A DNA stretch of 64,000 nt from Burkholderiales bacterium (GTDB taxonomy: Bacteria; Pseudomonadota; Gammaproteobacteria; Burkholderiales; SG8-39): contig DASSLQ010000151.1 in NCBI GenBank assembly GCA_035689325.1, positions 586 through 64,585 on the forward strand. Reading direction: 5' to 3'. Below, in pieces: positions 59,636 to 64,000 of this stretch. The notes under the pieces are model-generated. The model was given only the letters and a program-made list of their open reading frames with translations. It did not search any database and was not told the origin of the DNA. The position numbers were made by a program, and so were the translations under genes. Position 1 is the stretch's first letter. The number at the start of each line of letters is the position of its first letter.

Positions 59636-60616
59636 ATGATACACGGCGATGATCGGCGCGCCGCCCTCGAGCGCTGGCTCGCCATCGAGCTGCGCGGCGC
59701 GCGCTTCGTGCTCGCGCCGGCATCGGAAGATGCAAGCTTCCGTCGCTATTTCCGCGCCACGCTCGACGACGGCGCGAGCTTCGTCATCATGGACGCGCCC
59801 CCGGGGAAGGAGGACTGCCGGCCGTTCGTGCACGTCGCACGGCTGCTGCATGACGCCGGGGTGCATGCCCCCGAAGTGCACTCGGCAGATCTTGCAGCCG
59901 GCTTTCTGCTGCTTTCCGACCTCGGCACGCGCACCTACCTCGCCGAGCTCAACGCCGACAACGCCGACGCGCTGATGCGCGACGCGACCGACGCGCTCGT
60001 GCGCTGGCAGCTTGCCACGCGGCCCGATGAGCTGCCACCCTATGACGAAGCGCTCCTGCGGCGCGAGTTGAACCTCTTTCCCGAATGGTACGTGGGCCGC
60101 TACCGCGGCAAGCAGCTCACCACCGCGCAGGCGCAAGCACTGGAGCAGATTTTCGCCATCCTCGTGCACAGCGCGCTCGCGCAGCCCACGGTATACGTGC
60201 ATCGCGACTACATGCCGCGCAACCTGATGGTAAGCGAGCCCAATCCGGGCGTGCTCGACTTCCAGGACGCGGTGATCGGCCCGATCAGCTACGACATCGT
60301 GTGCCTGATGCGCGATGCGTTCATCAGCTGGGACGAGGAACGCGTGCTCGACTGGAGCGTGCGCTACTGGGAGAGAGCGCGCGCCGCGCGCCTGCCGGTG
60401 CCCGCGGAGTTCGCCGAGTTCTGGCGCGCTTTCGAGTGGATGGGGCTGCAGCGACACCTGAAGGTGCTCGGCATCTTCGCGCGCATCAAGTACCGCGACG
60501 GCAAGCCCAGGTATCTCGAGGACACGCCGCGCTTCCTGCGCTATGCGCGCGCGGTCGCCCAGCGCTATCGTGACCTTGCGCCGCTTGCGCGTCTGCTGGA
60601 GGAGATCGAGGCATGA
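59636..60616 (+). CDS. amgK: aminoglycoside-phosphotransferase-fold kinase, AmgK-like (anomeric MurNAc/GlcNAc kinase)
   Basis: Kinase fold motifs (VHRDYMPRNLMV, LDFQDA). It is divergent from lptD and ATGA-coupled to a MurU-like nucleotidyltransferase, as in Pseudomonas (from memory). An alternative start is at 59621. Confidence 0.75.
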   Translation: MIHGDDRRAALERWLAIELRGARFVLAPASEDASFRRYFRATLDDGASFVIMDAPPGKEDCRPFVHVARLLHDAGVHAPEVHSADLAAGFLLLSDLGTRTYLAELNADNADALMRDATDALVRWQLATRPDELPPYDEALLRRELNLFPEWYVGRYRGKQLTTAQAQALEQIFAILVHSALAQPTVYVHRDYMPRNLMVSEPNPGVLDFQDAVIGPISYDIVCLMRDAFISWDEERVLDWSVRYWERARAARLPVPAEFAEFWRAFEWMGLQRHLKVLGIFARIKYRDGKPRYLEDTPRFLRYARAVAQRYRDLAPLARLLEEIEA

Positions 60617-61283
60617 AGGCGATGCTCCTTGCCGCGGGACGCGGCGAGCGGCTGCGACCGCTCACCGAGCACACGCCGAAGGCGCTCGTGCAGGTCGGCG
60701 GCAAGCCGCTCATCGGCTGGCATCTCGAGCGCCTGGCGGCGGCCGGTTGCCGCGAGGCGGTGATCAACGTCTCGCACCTCGCGCAGCAGATCGTCGACTA
60801 CGTCGCCGACGGGCAGCGCTTCGGGCTCGCCGTGCGCTATTCGCGCGAAGCCGCGCCGCTCGAGACGGCGGGCGGCATTGCGACCGCGCTGCCGCTCCTC
60901 GGCGACGCACCGTTCCTGCTCGTCAACGCCGATACCTATTGCGAAGTGCCCTTCCGGCCGCTGCTCGGTCACCGGCTGGGCGACCTGCTCGCCCACCTGG
61001 TGCTGGTGCCCAATCCCGCGCACCGGCCGAAAGGCGACTTCTCGCTCGCCGCCGGACGCATCGGCGACGCTGCCACGCCGCGCTACACTTACGCCGGCGT
61101 TGCGGTGATGTCGCCGCAACTCGTCGCGCCGGTGAAGCGCGGCGAAAAGGCGCCGCTTGCGCCGTTGCTGTATCGCGCCGCAGCCGACGAGCGGCTCTCG
61201 GGCGAAGTGTTCACGGGACTCTGGCAGGACGTGGGTACGCCCGAGCGGCTCGCCGAGCTTGCGGGCCAACTTGCCTCGCGAAC

Positions 61284-61287
<4 letters not shown>
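60613..61287 (+). CDS. murU: nucleotidyltransferase, MurU-like (MurNAc-alpha-1-phosphate uridylyltransferase)
   Basis: MKAMLLAAGRGERLRPLTEHTPKALV is the sugar-1-phosphate nucleotidyltransferase signature. It is coupled to the amgK-like gene. Confidence 0.75.
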
Positions 61288-62589
<1,302 letters not shown>

Positions 62590-62609
<20 letters not shown>

Positions 62610-63630
62610 CGTTCTCGTTCGTGGCGCAGGACCTGTCGGCTGCGCTGCGGCGCTCGCCCTCCGCCGCGCGGGCCGCAGCGTCGCGCTCTTCGACCCGCGC
62701 CCCGCGACGCCCGCCTTTCGCCCGCTCGCGCTCTCCCATGCGAGCCGCCTGATCCTCGAGCGGCTGGGCGTATGGCAGCGCCTCGCCGTTACGCCGATCG
62801 AGCACATCGTCGTTTCGCGCGCGGGCAGCTTCGGCCGCACCCGGCTCGATGCCGCCGACGCGGACGTCCCGGCGCTCGGCTACCAGACCGAATACGCCAC
62901 GCTCGCCGGTGCGCTGAGAGCGGCACTCGCCGACGCGCTCACGGCCGAGGCGCCCGCGGCGAAATGCATCGTGCACGCGGAAGGCACGCCGGGCGCGGAT
63001 CCCGGCAAGCGCTACCGGCACGATGTGCTGGTCGGGCTGCTCGAGACCGATCCGCCGGCGCACACGACGGCCTATGAGCGCTTCGCGCCTGCCGGGCCGC
63101 TCGCCCTGCTGCCGCTCGCCGGCCGCTACGCGCTGATATGGAGCCTCGAGCCCGCGCGCGCCCAGCACCTGGCGCAGGCGCCCGAGCATGATTTCATCGC
63201 CGAGCTCTCGCAGCTTGCGCCCTCGAGCGCCGGCCGCGTGCTCGGCGTCCAATCGCGCGGCGTGCAAATACCCACGCTGAAAGTGCGGCGCGTGCGTGCA
63301 GCCGGCAACGAGGTCTATATCGGCAACGCTGCGCAGACGCTGCATCCGGTGGCGGGCCAGGGGCTGAATCTCGGCCTGCGCGACGCATGGGACCTCGCGC
63401 GCGCCCTCTCCGAAGCGTCGGATCCCGGCGACGCGGCAGTGCTGGCACGCTTCGCGCTCTCGCGGCGCCTCGATGCGCGCGCGGCGATCGGCGTCACCGA
63501 TTTTCTCGCCTCCGGCTTCGCCGGCTCGAGCGCGCTGATGAGCGCCGCATTGATGACGCTCGATTTTTTTCCGCCGGCGCGCCGCTTCTTCGCGCGCCGC
63601 ATGATTTTCGGCGCGTCCGCGCTTCCCTGA
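62590..63630 (+). CDS. UbiH/UbiF/VisC-family FAD-dependent monooxygenase (short, 346 aa)
   Basis: [18 protein letters not shown] (GxGxxG) and [22 protein letters not shown]. It sits after pepP, as in the E. coli pepP-ubiH-ubiI arrangement. It overlaps pepP by 20 nt. Confidence 0.8.
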
Positions 63631-63683
63631 AAAAAGATTTGCGGATAAAATCCGCTTCCCTTCGCAAGACATCGGCCTTGGCA

Positions 63684-64000
63684 ATGAAAATCGGCGCCCA
63701 CGCGCTGCCTTCCGCAGTGTTTGTCGCACCGATGGCCGGGATCACCGATCGTCCTTTTCGCCGCCTCGCCAGGCGCTATGGCGCCGCCCTCGCGGTCTCC
63801 GAGATGGTGTCGGCGCGGCCCGAGCTGCGCGCGACGCGCAAGTCGTTGCTGCGCCTTGACCATGCCGGCGAGAGCGCGCCCGTGGCGGTGCAGATCGCCG
63901 GCGCCGATCCGGCGATGCTCGCCGACGCCGCGCGCTACAACGTCGCGAACGGCGCGCAGATCATCGACATCAACATGGGCTGTCCGGCCAAGAAGGTCTG
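63684..64000 (+). CDS. dusB: tRNA-dihydrouridine synthase B, 3' end outside window
   Basis: [31 protein letters not shown]...QIAGADP...[16 protein letters not shown]. It is open to the window end and is not in the ORF track because it has no stop. Confidence 0.88.
   Translation, partial: MKIGAHALPSAVFVAPMAGITDRPFRRLARRYGAALAVSEMVSARPELRATRKSLLRLDHAGESAPVAVQIAGADPAMLADAARYNVANGAQIIDINMGCPAKKV

Overview
This is a visibly GC-rich, gene-dense chromosomal window with about 75 protein genes and 1 tRNA. Gene order looks betaproteobacterial (Burkholderiales/Rhodocyclales-like); that assignment is inferred from synteny only. The content is mostly housekeeping:
- gltIJKL glutamate/aspartate ABC transporter
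- an ECF sigma module
- a metY-adh-ggt-gst operon
- a CoA-ester hydratase/lyase operon
- tyrS
- an M23 peptidase
- erpA
- a bactofilin pair
- argC
- rpsI-rplM
- fadL
- coq7
- a large porin
- trpEGDC
- rpe
- apaG
- mltA
- dsbC
- two ubiH-family monooxygenases
- tRNA-Met(CAU)
- miaB-phoH-ybeY-corC-lnt
- glyQS-gmhB-plsC
- gloA
- rsmA-pdxA-surA-lptD
- amgK-murU-pepP
- dusB (3' partial)

Many adjacent genes are translationally coupled through ATGA or other short overlaps. I found no CRISPR array, transposase, integrase, phage gene or recognisable defence, toxin-antitoxin or restriction system, and I cannot point to a clearly novel multi-gene system.

The observations most worth a second look are:
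1. Three conserved genes (patB/malY-like, ubiH-like, lnt) whose conserved N-termini lie upstream of any in-frame ATG, GTG or TTG. This implies CTG, ATT or ATA initiation, or lesions.
2. A Trp-rich (3 W in 21 codons) mini-ORF in the rpe-trpE spacer.
3. Recurrent TAGAAT-type -10 hexamers 5-7 bp from start codons that lack an SD (leaderless geometry).
4. A tightly coupled maoC-SBP-citE-hydrolase-aminopeptidase operon with an orphan binding protein.
5. An ECF sigma module with an uncharacterised secreted protein.
6. A small REP family and a 101-bp hairpin with perfect 22-bp arms.

All functional calls rest on motif and family recognition by eye. No database search was run.
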